64,000 bases of DNA, from the NCBI GenBank assembly GCA_964448235.1, contig CAYUWD010000004.1, forward strand, positions 4,878 through 68,877, read 5' to 3'. The position numbers and the translations under genes are program-made. This DNA is from an uncultured Bacteroidales bacterium (GTDB lineage: Bacteria; Bacteroidota; Bacteroidia; Bacteroidales; ML635J-15). Below the pieces are notes generated by a model. It saw only the letters and a list, made by a program, of their open reading frames with translations, did not search any database and had not been told where the DNA came from. Positions within the stretch are counted from its first letter, which is position 1. Every line of letters begins with the position of its first letter. This document shows positions 48,265-58,992 of the stretch, piece after piece.

Positions 48265-48930
48265 TCAATGTTTGGTTGCACGAACTACATGCCTTTTACC
48301 CGGAGGACCGGGAAAACGTTTTACCTTCATTCCTAAATCACGGAGTCTACTTTTCAAAACACCTCTACTACAATATGTTACAAAAACTCCATCTGTTGAT
48401 AACACTGTTAATATTTTTTTGAGATTTTCAAAAGACCACATCTCCGGTTGAATATCAGGTGAAAATGCATCAAAATATATTAAATCATATTCGATATCGG
48501 ACTTAAAATCTGCAATATCAATCAATTGCTTAAATAATTCAAACCTCGAATCAATAGCTACTTTTTTATCCCATTCTATACTAAATAAAGACATTTGATC
48601 CTTATTTATTGGACAGATACTAGAATATTCCAACTCTTCGATAATTTTTCTATCAAGTGGAAATTTTTCAATACCGTGATAAAAAACACTTCTTTTCCTT
48701 TCAATATTCATTAAGAAAGTACACATAGCATTAAGTCCAGTTCCATAACCAATTTCAAGAATATTTATCTTTTCTTTATCAATTGTATTAAATCCCAAAT
48801 TAATAAAAATATGCTTTGTTTCAGTGTATGCCCCATTTATACTATGATAATATTCATTAAATTTTGATGAAATAAGAGTCCTGCTTCCATCTTTTGTTAA
48901 GGCAACTTTTACAGTTCTTTTTTCTTTCAT
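48265..48930 (-). CDS. mnmD: tRNA (mnm5s2U34) methyltransferase MnmD-like SAM-dependent methyltransferase
   Basis: ILEIGYGTGLN SAM motif and DLIYFDAFSPDIQPEMWS, typical of the MnmC methyltransferase domain. Confidence 0.7.
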   Translation of the reverse strand: MKEKRTVKVALTKDGSRTLISSKFNEYYHSINGAYTETKHIFINLGFNTIDKEKINILEIGYGTGLNAMCTFLMNIERKRSVFYHGIEKFPLDRKIIEELEYSSICPINKDQMSLFSIEWDKKVAIDSRFELFKQLIDIADFKSDIEYDLIYFDAFSPDIQPEMWSFENLKKILTVLSTDGVFVTYCSRGVLKSRLRDLGMKVKRFPGPPGKRHVVRATKH

Positions 48931-49067
48931 TATTTAATATTTTAATTTCAATAATAAAATATGGTCAGGTTTTTGAATAGCCATTTGCTAAAACTATTGT
49001 TTTTTTTCTTATTAAAAACAAATAATTCATATTTTTGTCAATATATTAAAATTTAATACTCAATCTA

Positions 49068-51566
49068 ATGAAAACTATCAACAAATTTACTTTTCTAACA
49101 ATTCTAATTTTTATATTTAATTACACCAATTTTGCTCAAAACCAATCCAATAATATCCCGGATAGTTTTATTGAACATTTATCAATTGAAAATGTAGATC
49201 ATATTCAAATTCCTCCACCTTCTTTAGAATTAATAAAACTAGAAGACATTGAAGATGAAAAAAATGGGCAGATGATGAAAATTGCACGCTTACTACCTGT
49301 TAATTTAGATTTAACTAATAGTGGGACGTGGTCAAATCTTTCAAATGAAAAAAGTATCTGGAGGTTACATTTATCAAGTCAAGGGGCAAAATCATGCGTA
49401 CTTCATTTCGATCGTTTTATTTTACCTGAAGGCTCAAAAGTTTATGTTTATAATACAGATCATAGTGTAATATTAGGTCCATTCACATCTAAAGATAATC
49501 CCAAAAAAGAGGAATTTGCAATAGGTTTAATATACGGCGAAGATGTTATTATCGAGTATTCAGCACCAAAGACAAAATCTAAAAATGGGAAGGTTGATAT
49601 TGTTTTACCAGACATTAAAATTGCAGCATACTCATATGTTTACAGAGGAGAGCATTTATTTGACAACAGAAATAAAGCTACTGGCTTTGGCACATCTCAA
49701 TCATGTCAGGTAAATGTTAACTGCAGTGAAGGAGCCAATTGGCGAGATGAACAAAAAGGAATAGCCAGAATATATTGTGTCGAAGGATATGATGCTGGAT
49801 ATTGTTCAGGTACATTGATAAATAATACAAGTAACGACCAAACACCATACTTTTTAACTGCTGATCATTGCGGTACAAATTCTAATACTAGTGATTTTAA
49901 TGAATGGATTTTTAAGTTTAACTACGAATCTTCGGGATGTGAGGCAACTACAGAACCTTCCGGAAACAGCGTTTATGGTTGTACCCGCAAATCACGTGCA
50001 GAACTTGATGGTGGTTCAGACTTTTTATTAGTTGAATTAAACACAAGCTCAACAAATTTAAAGAATATCGGAGCAGTATATAATGGTTGGAGCAAATCTA
50101 CAAGTGCGAGTCCCAGTGGTGTCAGCATACACCATCCTAATGGTGATATAAAAAAGATCTCAACTTATACAAATTCATTAACATCAACCACGTATGAAGG
50201 AACAAGTGTTACAGGAGCGACAAATGCGCATTGGGAAGTATATTGGGCTGAAACCACTCATGGTCATGGCGTTACCGAATTTGGATCTTCCGGATCACCT
50301 ATTTTCAACAATTATGGACTGGTTGTAGGAACTCTATCCGGTGGCAGATCAGAATGTGAACACACATATTGGGAAGATTTGTATGGGAAATTTTCATATC
50401 ACTGGCAATCTAATGGAAGTGCATCATCTCAACAACTAAAGTATTGGCTTGATCCAGACATTACTGGCGCAACAACATGCACTTTTCTTGACCCTAACAA
50501 TCTTGGAATTGTAGCTAATTTTAGCGGCACACCTACAACTGTTACTACAGGCAATTCTGTTTCTTTTACTGATTTGTCAAGTGGCGGAACAGTAACTAGT
50601 CACTCCTGGTCATTCCCGGGAGGTATCCCATCTTCTTCTACTGCAGAAAATCCAACAGTCACATATAATACTCCCGGAACCTATGATGTTACTTTATCAG
50701 TAAACTCGAATACAGGTAATGATACTGAAATAAAAACAGATTATATAAATGTTATTAGTGGAGGTAACTTTTCTTATGATTTTGAAGATTGTTATGATTT
50801 TGAAGTTGATGACTTTAACCCATGTACAACTTATGACGGAGACGGTTATAATACTTTTGGGATAGACATAGTAGATTACAATAACGAAAGCTATATTGGA
50901 TCATATATAGCATTTAACGCAACAACTACCGTACCTGCCAGTAGTGAAACTTGGGAAGCACACAATGGACTTCTTTATGGAGCCTGTTTTGCTGCTACAA
51001 CACCTCCAAACAATGATTGGTTTATTACTCCTCAAATAAACCTGCAAAATAACTCAGCATTTATTTTTTGGGCAAAATCTGTTACAGAACAGTATGGTTT
51101 AGAAAGATTCAATGTATATTTATCAACAACAACAAATAGCATTAGTAGTTTCACGCAAATTTCTAGTGGAAGCTTTATAGAAGCTCCAATAAACTGGACC
51201 AAATATGAATATGACTTATCTGCCTACGACGGGCAGTCAATTTATATTGCCATTCAATGTGTATCACATGACGCATGGGCTTTTCAAATTGATGATTTAC
51301 TTATTGAAACTGAAGCAGGAGTTAATAATCAAATCTCTGACATGATACATGTTTATCCAAATCCAAGTACAGGAATATTTACAATCTCATTACCAGGAAC
51401 AAATGTAGAAATTAGTATAAAAAACATACTTGGACAAGAAATATATTCTGTCGTAACAAATAGCAAAGACACAAAAATTGATTTAAGCAATCAAAATGCA
51501 GGATTATATTTTGTTGAAGTAGAAATTGGAAACAGAATCTACACAAAAAAAATATCAATAGAGTAA
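49068..51566 (+). CDS. Secreted S1-family (lysyl endopeptidase-like) serine protease with PKD and a T9SS type-A CTD
   Basis: His LTADHCG, Asp GGSDFLLVEL, Ser GSSGSPIF. PKD-like VSFTDLSSGGTVTSHSWSFPGG. C-terminus VYPNPSTGIFTISL...GLYFVEVEIGNRIYTKKISIE. Confidence 0.8.
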   Translation: MKTINKFTFLTILIFIFNYTNFAQNQSNNIPDSFIEHLSIENVDHIQIPPPSLELIKLEDIEDEKNGQMMKIARLLPVNLDLTNSGTWSNLSNEKSIWRLHLSSQGAKSCVLHFDRFILPEGSKVYVYNTDHSVILGPFTSKDNPKKEEFAIGLIYGEDVIIEYSAPKTKSKNGKVDIVLPDIKIAAYSYVYRGEHLFDNRNKATGFGTSQSCQVNVNCSEGANWRDEQKGIARIYCVEGYDAGYCSGTLINNTSNDQTPYFLTADHCGTNSNTSDFNEWIFKFNYESSGCEATTEPSGNSVYGCTRKSRAELDGGSDFLLVELNTSSTNLKNIGAVYNGWSKSTSASPSGVSIHHPNGDIKKISTYTNSLTSTTYEGTSVTGATNAHWEVYWAETTHGHGVTEFGSSGSPIFNNYGLVVGTLSGGRSECEHTYWEDLYGKFSYHWQSNGSASSQQLKYWLDPDITGATTCTFLDPNNLGIVANFSGTPTTVTTGNSVSFTDLSSGGTVTSHSWSFPGGIPSSSTAENPTVTYNTPGTYDVTLSVNSNTGNDTEIKTDYINVISGGNFSYDFEDCYDFEVDDFNPCTTYDGDGYNTFGIDIVDYNNESYIGSYIAFNATTTVPASSETWEAHNGLLYGACFAATTPPNNDWFITPQINLQNNSAFIFWAKSVTEQYGLERFNVYLSTTTNSISSFTQISSGSFIEAPINWTKYEYDLSAYDGQSIYIAIQCVSHDAWAFQIDDLLIETEAGVNNQISDMIHVYPNPSTGIFTISLPGTNVEISIKNILGQEIYSVVTNSKDTKIDLSNQNAGLYFVEVEIGNRIYTKKISIE

Positions 51567-51621
51567 ATAAATATTTATAAAATATCTAACGGGATAATTC
51601 CCTTACATATATTATTTTATT

Positions 51622-52092
51622 ATGAGAAAAGTTAATAATGCTTTTGCAGAAGCGATGCCAAACTATCAATGTTTTGCATGCTCACCAGCAAATGAACACG
51701 GTTTGCACATGGAATTTTTTGTCGATGACAATTCAGTTTGGAGTGAGTGGCAACCACGTCCTGAATTTGATGGTTGGAAAGGCGTAACACATGGTGGAAT
51801 ACAGGCAACCTTAATGGATGAAACAGCCGAATGGTACGTTTTTGTAAAGCATGGTTGTTCAGCTGTTACAATGAAGCTAAATTGCAGATATAAAAAGCCT
51901 CTTAGCTCAGAAAAAGGAAAAATTACAATAAAAGCCAAAGAAATTTCTTTTCGTAGAAATGTTTCAGAAATAAACATTAAAATTTTTGATACTAATGGAA
52001 CATTATGCAGCGAAGCAAATGGCAAATTCTACGTTTTTTCCGAAGAAGAATCAAAAGAAAAATATAAGTTTCCGGGGAAAGACAGGTTTTGA
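51622..52092 (+). CDS. Hotdog-fold (PaaI-like) thioesterase
   Basis: CFACSPANEHGLHMEF and HGGIQATLMDETAEW motifs. Confidence 0.7.
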   Translation: MRKVNNAFAEAMPNYQCFACSPANEHGLHMEFFVDDNSVWSEWQPRPEFDGWKGVTHGGIQATLMDETAEWYVFVKHGCSAVTMKLNCRYKKPLSSEKGKITIKAKEISFRRNVSEINIKIFDTNGTLCSEANGKFYVFSEEESKEKYKFPGKDRF

Positions 52093-52190
52093 TGGAGCAG
52101 AGGGCTTGGAGCAGAAAGCATGGAGCAGAAGGCTTGTAGCAGAGGGCTTGAAGCAGAAGGCTTGGAGCAGAGGGCATCATGCATCATGCT
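52093..52190. repeat. GC-rich 14-bp minisatellite, six good copies plus one degenerate
   Basis: tggagcagagggct / tggagcagaaagca / tggagcagaaggct / tgtagcagagggct / tgaagcagaaggct / tggagcagagggca / tcatgcatcatgct. It starts on the base after the thioesterase stop codon. Confidence 0.9.
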
Positions 52191-52229
52191 CAAAACTTAT
52201 TTTTTAATATGATTCTTATTGACTTCCTT

Positions 52230-54686
52230 TTAAAACTTCATTATCAATTTTAGGTTTATTCTCCTACCTGTAAGGTAATTAGGAACACCATATTGCCATC
52301 CTCGAATATCAGTAACATAGGTATAGGATATTTCATTATTAATATCCAATAAATTAAATGCTTCGAGACTAAGCCAAATGTTTTTAAAGTATCTAAAAGG
52401 ATTACCCTCAGGTAATACTTTATCATCACCTTTTAACTGTTTAGAAAGTCCTATATCGACTCTACGATATGGATTAAAACGAGGATATGGCTTATCAGTT
52501 TTTTCGACAGGTAAACCTGTTCCAAAAAGTAAATTTATATATGCCTGCCATGTCTCATGTTTTGGGATATAGTCTTGAAAAAATATTCCAAAATTTAATC
52601 TTTGGTCAGTTGGTCTGGGAATCATTCCTAGATATACCGTATCAACATTCCCTTCCTCATCACGAAACTGATAAAAGTCACCTTCAATATCTTCCATAGT
52701 TTGCATTAAAGCAACACTAATCCATGATTCAGTACCAGGGACAAACTCTCCATTTACTTTTGCTTCTATCCCAGTAGAATAACCATGTGCCAAATTTTCA
52801 CCATAATATCTTATTCGGACATTATCAATATCATAAGGAATAAGATTATACATGTATTTATAATATACTTCGGTCACAAGTTTAAATGGTCTATTCCACG
52901 CATGAAATTCATAATCACTCCCAAAAACGACATGAAAAGAAGATTGAGCTTTAATATCTTTATTTAAAGTACCATCTAGTTTTCTAACTTCTTTAAAAAA
53001 TGGTGGTTGATGATACAATCCTGTAGAAAATCTAAATACGACATCTCTATCCCAATTTGGCTTAAAGCCGGCATTAAATCTTGGACTTACAAGAAATTCA
53101 TTATTAAAATCCCAATAATTAAATCTCAAGCCTCCACCTATAGAAAGCTCACTACTATCAAATTTAATTCTATAAAAATCCTGAATAAAAGCATTAAACC
53201 TGTTACTATTTATTCCAAGCTCAGTAATATCAGTTGAAAACAAGGGAACCAAATCACGATCTGCAGGATAATTACCCATTTCATAAGGAAGCGAATATCC
53301 GGCAGAATCAACCATCTCCCATTCTCTTATGCTGTAATTAAAAACTTCGCGATTGTATTGTCCTCCCCATGTAAAATTATGATTGTCCTTTTTATATTCA
53401 CCAATATACTTTGCTGATGTTACAAAACCCGTCAAATAGTTTCTTGCATGATTCAAAAACGAACCTACACCAATATTTGCGACACTATCTCCAAGATTAT
53501 CAGAACCTAACTGTTTATCCAGCTCATTTAAATAATACTGTCCCAAAATATCGTAAGATTCGGTTTCGCTTGTAAAATAGCTAGATAAAATATATTTATG
53601 AACGACTCCTTTTCTAGGTTTGTATGTTCCTGTAAAAGCAGCTGTTGCATTTGAAAACTTATCTACTTCCTGACCTTCGAAGTACATCATAATTTTCAAA
53701 GCTTCATTAACTGTTCCCCATGAAGTTTCACGATCTTCAGGAACAAAGCTATAAAAGTTATTATTCAGGTTTCCCAAAAAAGATAATTCTAACTTATCGC
53801 TAAAATCATATGTAAGATATGTTTGAAAGTCAAGATAAGTTGGATCATACTGTCCTCCCATATCCATAGATGATAAGAGATATTTAGTCGTTTTGTATCT
53901 AATCCCAGTATTATATTTAAAGAGATGATTTTTACTAGTCCCTTCTAAATGTAAATTTGATCCTAACAAACTTGCTGTAACAGATCCACCAAACTCTTTT
54001 GGTTTTCGATATTTTATATCAAGCACAGATGACATTTTATCGCCATATTTAGCATCAAATCCACCTGCTGAAAAGACTATTGCAGAAACCATATCAGAAT
54101 TTATAAAACTAAGTCCTTCCTGCTGTCCAGAACGAATCAACAAAGGTCTATAAATCTCTACATCATTTACAAAAATCAAATTCTCATCAAAATTTCCTCC
54201 ACGCACATTATATTGGCTACTCAATTCATTATTAGAAGAAACTGAAGGTAAAGCTTTTAAAATATCTTCAAAACCACCAACAGTAGGTATATTCATGGAT
54301 ATTTCTGGATTTAACCTTACTGCTGGAATAAATCTATCTGAATTTGCTCCGACATTTGCTTCGGGTAAAATAGTATATGATTCTTTTAAATATACATCAA
54401 ATTTAATATCCTCACCAAACTTAGGGATAATATACTCACTATATGTATTATATGACACATATGAAAACTCTATTTTAAGTTTTTGATCAACAGGAATTGT
54501 CAATTCATAAAAGCCTTCTTGATTTGTTGCGGTTCCAATAGCTTTTCCTTTAATACTAACATTTGCAAATTGTATTGGTTTTGCTTTTTCATCAAAGACA
54601 TAACCACTAATGGAAACTGTTTGACAAATCAGAGATGAACTAATCAGACATAAAAAAAATATATATATTCCTTTTCGTTTATTCAT
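52230..54686 (-). CDS. TonB-dependent outer-membrane receptor with a carboxypeptidase-regulatory-like N-terminal domain
   Basis: Signal peptide, VSISGYVFDE...ANVSIKG, a plug region NVRGGNFDENLIFVNDVEIY, a long beta-barrel and a terminal aromatic residue (F). Confidence 0.85.
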   Translation of the reverse strand: MNKRKGIYIFFLCLISSSLICQTVSISGYVFDEKAKPIQFANVSIKGKAIGTATNQEGFYELTIPVDQKLKIEFSYVSYNTYSEYIIPKFGEDIKFDVYLKESYTILPEANVGANSDRFIPAVRLNPEISMNIPTVGGFEDILKALPSVSSNNELSSQYNVRGGNFDENLIFVNDVEIYRPLLIRSGQQEGLSFINSDMVSAIVFSAGGFDAKYGDKMSSVLDIKYRKPKEFGGSVTASLLGSNLHLEGTSKNHLFKYNTGIRYKTTKYLLSSMDMGGQYDPTYLDFQTYLTYDFSDKLELSFLGNLNNNFYSFVPEDRETSWGTVNEALKIMMYFEGQEVDKFSNATAAFTGTYKPRKGVVHKYILSSYFTSETESYDILGQYYLNELDKQLGSDNLGDSVANIGVGSFLNHARNYLTGFVTSAKYIGEYKKDNHNFTWGGQYNREVFNYSIREWEMVDSAGYSLPYEMGNYPADRDLVPLFSTDITELGINSNRFNAFIQDFYRIKFDSSELSIGGGLRFNYWDFNNEFLVSPRFNAGFKPNWDRDVVFRFSTGLYHQPPFFKEVRKLDGTLNKDIKAQSSFHVVFGSDYEFHAWNRPFKLVTEVYYKYMYNLIPYDIDNVRIRYYGENLAHGYSTGIEAKVNGEFVPGTESWISVALMQTMEDIEGDFYQFRDEEGNVDTVYLGMIPRPTDQRLNFGIFFQDYIPKHETWQAYINLLFGTGLPVEKTDKPYPRFNPYRRVDIGLSKQLKGDDKVLPEGNPFRYFKNIWLSLEAFNLLDINNEISYTYVTDIRGWQYGVPNYLTGRRINLKLIMKF

Positions 54687-54737
54687 AAGTTATAAAAACA
54701 TGTTTATAACACAACACTTGAAAAAATATTGTTTTTA

Positions 54738-56855
54738 TCATTCATTTTTGCCATTTATTTCCGGGTAAACAATTCTAGAATGATAAATATTACTAATTTT
54801 TTCTGTAAAAATCTTTTTAGCTAAAGATATTTGCCTCATAGTAATTTCGACATTATCATATTGTCCATCATTTAATTGGGCATCAATAATAGCCAATACA
54901 AGTTTTTGGATAGATTCAGGAGTATATACTTTCAGTGTTCTCGATGCAGCCTCTATAGCATCTGCCATCATCATAAACACTGTTTCAATATTATTCGGTT
55001 TTGGTCCGGGATACATAAAATTTTTAATATTAGGTTCTGTATCCGGATTCTGATTTATCCATGAATTATAAAAGTACTTTGTTAAACTTGTACCATGATG
55101 CATTTTAATAAAATCTACAACCTGGTTTGGCAACTTATATTTTTTTGCTAATTCCACTCCCATACTCACATGTGAAATTATTCGCTGGGCACTCTCCTCT
55201 AAACTAAGTTTATCATGAATATTTTCACCACTTTGATTTTCAATAAAATACTCCGGATGAACAGATTTTCCAATATCATGATAGAGCGCCCCTGTTCTGG
55301 CTAGTAAATAATTACCTCCCAATTCTCTAGTTATTGATTCTACCAAATTGGCAACTTGTACAGAATGCTGAAACGTTCCAGGAGATTCTTCAGCAAGTTT
55401 TCGTAATGCCGGATTATTAGTATCGCTAAGCTCCATTAAAGTAAAATCTGATAAAAAACCAAATATTTTCTCATATAGATACACTATTGGAAGATACAAA
55501 AGAATAAGCACCGAACTAACGCCATACATGTATATATTACTGGATATCAAGTCCTTAAATTCTCCCTGCTTCATTAGGACAAAACCGGAATTTAATATAA
55601 CATAAGTAATGAAAACATAAATCATACTAACAAAAATCTGAGATCTTTTACGTGTATTACGCAAACTAAACATCGCAATCAATCCCGTAACAGTTTGAAT
55701 AAATATAAACTCAAAACTTTCTGCAGCAAAAAACCCTGCAATCAAAATAGATGCAAAATAAATTATGAAAGAAACATTAAATCTATAAAATGTAAATAAC
55801 AATAATGGGAATAATGTAAAAGGAATAATATTAATACTAATATTTGTATAATTAAAAACAGCAAGTACACTCCCAATAAGTAACAACATTTGTAATGTAA
55901 AGAAAGTATTTGCTTTAAAACTTGTCAATATCTTTCTATCATGATAATATAAATAAAGAAAAATTACCAAATAAAGAGCTATAAATAATAAAGATGCCCC
56001 AAAACTAATTATATAATGATTTACATTTGAATCATCAGCTTCTATTTCTTTTTTTAATGAGAGAAGAATTTTATTTTCGTATGGACCAACAACATTTCCT
56101 TTTAATATAATTAGTTCTCCTTTTTGCACTAATCCACGATATGCCGAAACAGCATCAAGCTGATTATTGAGAATATCCACATTCAATTGTTTATTATAAA
56201 TAATATTTGAATGCATTGTATGTTTTGAAATATACTTGCGTAAATTATAACCCGTTAATGAATCTACATTAAATAAACCTGAATTTCTATATAGTTCTAC
56301 AAGTTTTTGTTTAAAATCATTATATTCAATAAAATTATTTGAATAAAACAATTTGCTGACACTCTCATCATATAAATAAAGCCTAAATCGATTTATATCT
56401 TTAACAGTATCGGGTAATTCAAACACTCCTTTTTGATAAGAATCACATAAATAGTTTTCGGTAAATATTTTATACAACTCAAATTTCTTTTGCAATAAGT
56501 TTTGTTCAAAATTATTTAAATCGACATTATTAAATTTGGGAACAATATTATTATTCCATATTTTTTCAAGATTATCTAAATACTCAGGCACACTCTCTGT
56601 TAATGCCAATGTGTCAGTGACAAAATATGGAATAAAATTTTCGACAATGCTATCCTTTTCCAAATTTATTTCTTCATCTGACTTATATATAGGGAAATCA
56701 AATGGCGCCATCAAATCATCATGTAACCAAGGGCTACCCAATGTAAAAGAATACTGAAAGCGCTTTTCATTAGGAAATAAATATACAACAATGCCAACAC
56801 TAATTAAAAAAAGAAGTATAGCATAAACAAATACTGAATATTTCTTAAATTTCAT
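54738..56855 (-). CDS. 7TM-HD membrane phosphohydrolase (PgpH/YqfF-like HDIG protein)
   Basis: N-terminal extracellular domain, seven predicted TM helices, and a C-terminal HD domain (FQHSVQVANL...GALYHDIGK...HHG). Confidence 0.85.
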   Translation of the reverse strand: MKFKKYSVFVYAILLFLISVGIVVYLFPNEKRFQYSFTLGSPWLHDDLMAPFDFPIYKSDEEINLEKDSIVENFIPYFVTDTLALTESVPEYLDNLEKIWNNNIVPKFNNVDLNNFEQNLLQKKFELYKIFTENYLCDSYQKGVFELPDTVKDINRFRLYLYDESVSKLFYSNNFIEYNDFKQKLVELYRNSGLFNVDSLTGYNLRKYISKHTMHSNIIYNKQLNVDILNNQLDAVSAYRGLVQKGELIILKGNVVGPYENKILLSLKKEIEADDSNVNHYIISFGASLLFIALYLVIFLYLYYHDRKILTSFKANTFFTLQMLLLIGSVLAVFNYTNISINIIPFTLFPLLLFTFYRFNVSFIIYFASILIAGFFAAESFEFIFIQTVTGLIAMFSLRNTRKRSQIFVSMIYVFITYVILNSGFVLMKQGEFKDLISSNIYMYGVSSVLILLYLPIVYLYEKIFGFLSDFTLMELSDTNNPALRKLAEESPGTFQHSVQVANLVESITRELGGNYLLARTGALYHDIGKSVHPEYFIENQSGENIHDKLSLEESAQRIISHVSMGVELAKKYKLPNQVVDFIKMHHGTSLTKYFYNSWINQNPDTEPNIKNFMYPGPKPNNIETVFMMMADAIEAASRTLKVYTPESIQKLVLAIIDAQLNDGQYDNVEITMRQISLAKKIFTEKISNIYHSRIVYPEINGKNE

Positions 56856-57113
56856 TTTAAAAAATTTTTGTAAAGATAAAAAATCTTATCAAAGCTAAAT
56901 TACATGATTTCGTTTTTCTGCCTTAGATACATAAGATTTAAAACATTACTCCCTAATAAATTCAATTGTATAATACACTAAGTTTGCAATAAAACATATT
57001 TTTGGCATGATTTTTCATTAAAAATCCCGCCAAAAACAGTCTTTATCATTGTTTAAACAATACCACTATTCTAAAAATATTATATTCTTAATATTTCAAA
57101 TAAAACTATAAAT

Positions 57114-57169
57114 ACTCAGTACATGACAAAAATTTTTATTCGCAAGCTCATGAGCTTGCGAATAAAAAT
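57114..57169. repeat. Second copy of the MITE-like terminus, embedded in a 38-bp perfect palindrome
   Basis: 57114-57156 is the exact reverse complement of 6292-6334 (43 nt). 57132-57169 (atttttattcgcaagctcatgagcttgcgaataaaaat) is a perfect palindrome. Confidence 0.8.
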
Positions 57170-57439
57170 AACTTCGGATATAATCTCATTATAACTATTC
57201 AAATCGTCACAAACAAAAACATTCACATAAACCTTAATACTAGTACAATACAGATGAAAGCAAACAGGTTTTCTGGCACGCTAGTTACAAATTTTTAATA
57301 TGCTTACATAGTATTTCAAGAATAGAGTAAATATTTATAGAGTATTAGCATTTTGACAAAGTATTGTTAAAAACAATTTTATCAATAATAATTTTTATCT
57401 ATTTTATCTACATACCTTTGACTTTTAAATTAATGTAAA

Positions 57440-58225
57440 ATGAAAATTGGAATTTGTGAAAATAGTTTTATCCCTCTAAGATCTGGGATATCTCATAAAT
57501 CAGAAATGATAAACCAGATTTTATTTGGAGAATTATTTGAAATTTTAATTCATCGTAATGACTGGACTAAAATAAGATTAATTCATGACGAATATGAAGG
57601 ATGGATAGACACAAATGTTATTACTTTCATAGACGAGTCTGATATTATTACAAAGGATTATTTGTCAGACAGAATTATTTGCACAGAAACAGTACAAAGC
57701 CTGGAACTTAACAAATCACAAGTAATTAACATCCCAATTGGATCTATATTACCAAATTCGTTAAACACAAGTCCTGAATTTCAAATAAAAAATAATAATT
57801 ACAAATATATTTCTACACAAAAGACAAAAAGCAAAAACAAACCAAGAAATATCATTTCTACAAATGCCCACAAATTATTAAACACACCATATCTCTGGGG
57901 TGGCAGAACTGCTTGGGGAATAGACTGCTCCGGTTTTACTCAAATGTTATACAGACTAGCCGAAATTTACATTCCCCGTGATGCATCACAACAAATCGAA
58001 AATGGAAAGACTTTGAACTTTTTAACAGAAGCTTTACCTGGAGATTTAGCTTTCTTCGATAATGAAGATGGTGACATTATTCACGTTGGTATTATCCTTG
58101 ATGGTTCAAAAATCATTCATGCTTCAGGTAAAGTAAGAATCGACACTATTGATCATCAAGGAATATACAATAAAGAATTAAAAAGATATACTCACGATTT
58201 GCGTGTCTTAAAATCATTGATTTAG
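57440..58225 (+). CDS. NlpC/P60 (C40) cell-wall peptidase with an N-terminal SH3-like domain
   Basis: GGRTAWGIDCSGFTQMLY (catalytic Cys) and GDLAFF...IIHVGI (His). Confidence 0.85.
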   Translation: MKIGICENSFIPLRSGISHKSEMINQILFGELFEILIHRNDWTKIRLIHDEYEGWIDTNVITFIDESDIITKDYLSDRIICTETVQSLELNKSQVINIPIGSILPNSLNTSPEFQIKNNNYKYISTQKTKSKNKPRNIISTNAHKLLNTPYLWGGRTAWGIDCSGFTQMLYRLAEIYIPRDASQQIENGKTLNFLTEALPGDLAFFDNEDGDIIHVGIILDGSKIIHASGKVRIDTIDHQGIYNKELKRYTHDLRVLKSLI

Positions 58226-58375
58226 TTATTATAACTGATTTCAACCAAAACCTAAAAAAATAAAAAGCAAAAACAATCAATATATATAACCTTTTTTTTA
58301 CATTTTATTAAACATTTTTGTATATTAGATGTTTCTTTTCATAATTAAAGAAGTTTAACATTAAAACAAAAAGAA

Positions 58376-58945
58376 ATGATAAAATTACCTAAATTACCTT
58401 ATGAATTTAATGCCTTAGAACCTACCATTTCAGCAAAAACCGTTGAGTTTCATTACACAAAACATCATCAAGGATATGTAAACAAACTAAATGGTCTTAT
58501 AGAAGGAACTAATTACGAAGGCAAAACTCTTGAAGAAATAATCAAAACATCCGAAGGTGGAATCTTTAACAATGCTGCACAGGTATGGAATCATACTTTC
58601 TACTGGGAAGGTTTTGGACAAAATCCACAAACTGCTCCAACAGGAAAACTAGCAGAAATGATTAATGAGACATTTGGGTCATTTGATAAATTCAAAGAAG
58701 AATTCAGTACAAAAGCTGCTACATTATTTGGCTCAGGTTGGGCTTGGTTAGTTCTTGATAACGGGCAATTAAAAATCACAGGGACATCAAATGCCGGCTC
58801 TCCATTAACAGAAGGCCAAAAACCTATTCTCACATGTGATGTTTGGGAGCACGCTTATTATCTTGATTATCAAAATCTAAGACCAAAGTACATCGAAAAC
58901 TTTTGGGAATTAGTTGACTGGAAGAAAATTGAAGAAAGATTGTAA
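58376..58945 (+). CDS. sodB: Fe-type (or cambialistic) superoxide dismutase
   Basis: HYTKHHQGYV, NNAAQVWNHTFYW and DVWEHAYYLDYQN. Confidence 0.9.
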   Translation: MIKLPKLPYEFNALEPTISAKTVEFHYTKHHQGYVNKLNGLIEGTNYEGKTLEEIIKTSEGGIFNNAAQVWNHTFYWEGFGQNPQTAPTGKLAEMINETFGSFDKFKEEFSTKAATLFGSGWAWLVLDNGQLKITGTSNAGSPLTEGQKPILTCDVWEHAYYLDYQNLRPKYIENFWELVDWKKIEERL

Positions 58946-58960
58946 TAATAAAATGTTAAA

Positions 58961-58992
58961 AAAAATCACCAAATATTTTGGTGATTTTTTTT
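58961..58992. terminator. Bidirectional terminator hairpin shared by sod and the convergent lipoprotein gene
   Basis: aaaaatcaccaaa / tttggtgattttt. An A-run precedes the stem and a T-run follows it. Confidence 0.7.

Noticed and set aside
52093-52190. Possible CRISPR array
   Set aside because: The units are 14 bp and directly abutting with no spacers, and there are no cas genes in the window.
51986-52207. Two overlapping ORFs (73 aa plus strand, 62 aa minus strand) across the 14-bp minisatellite
   Set aside because: Both encode only repeat-derived peptides (for example GLEQKAWSR repeated) and overlap a real gene end. They are artefacts of a stop-free repeat.
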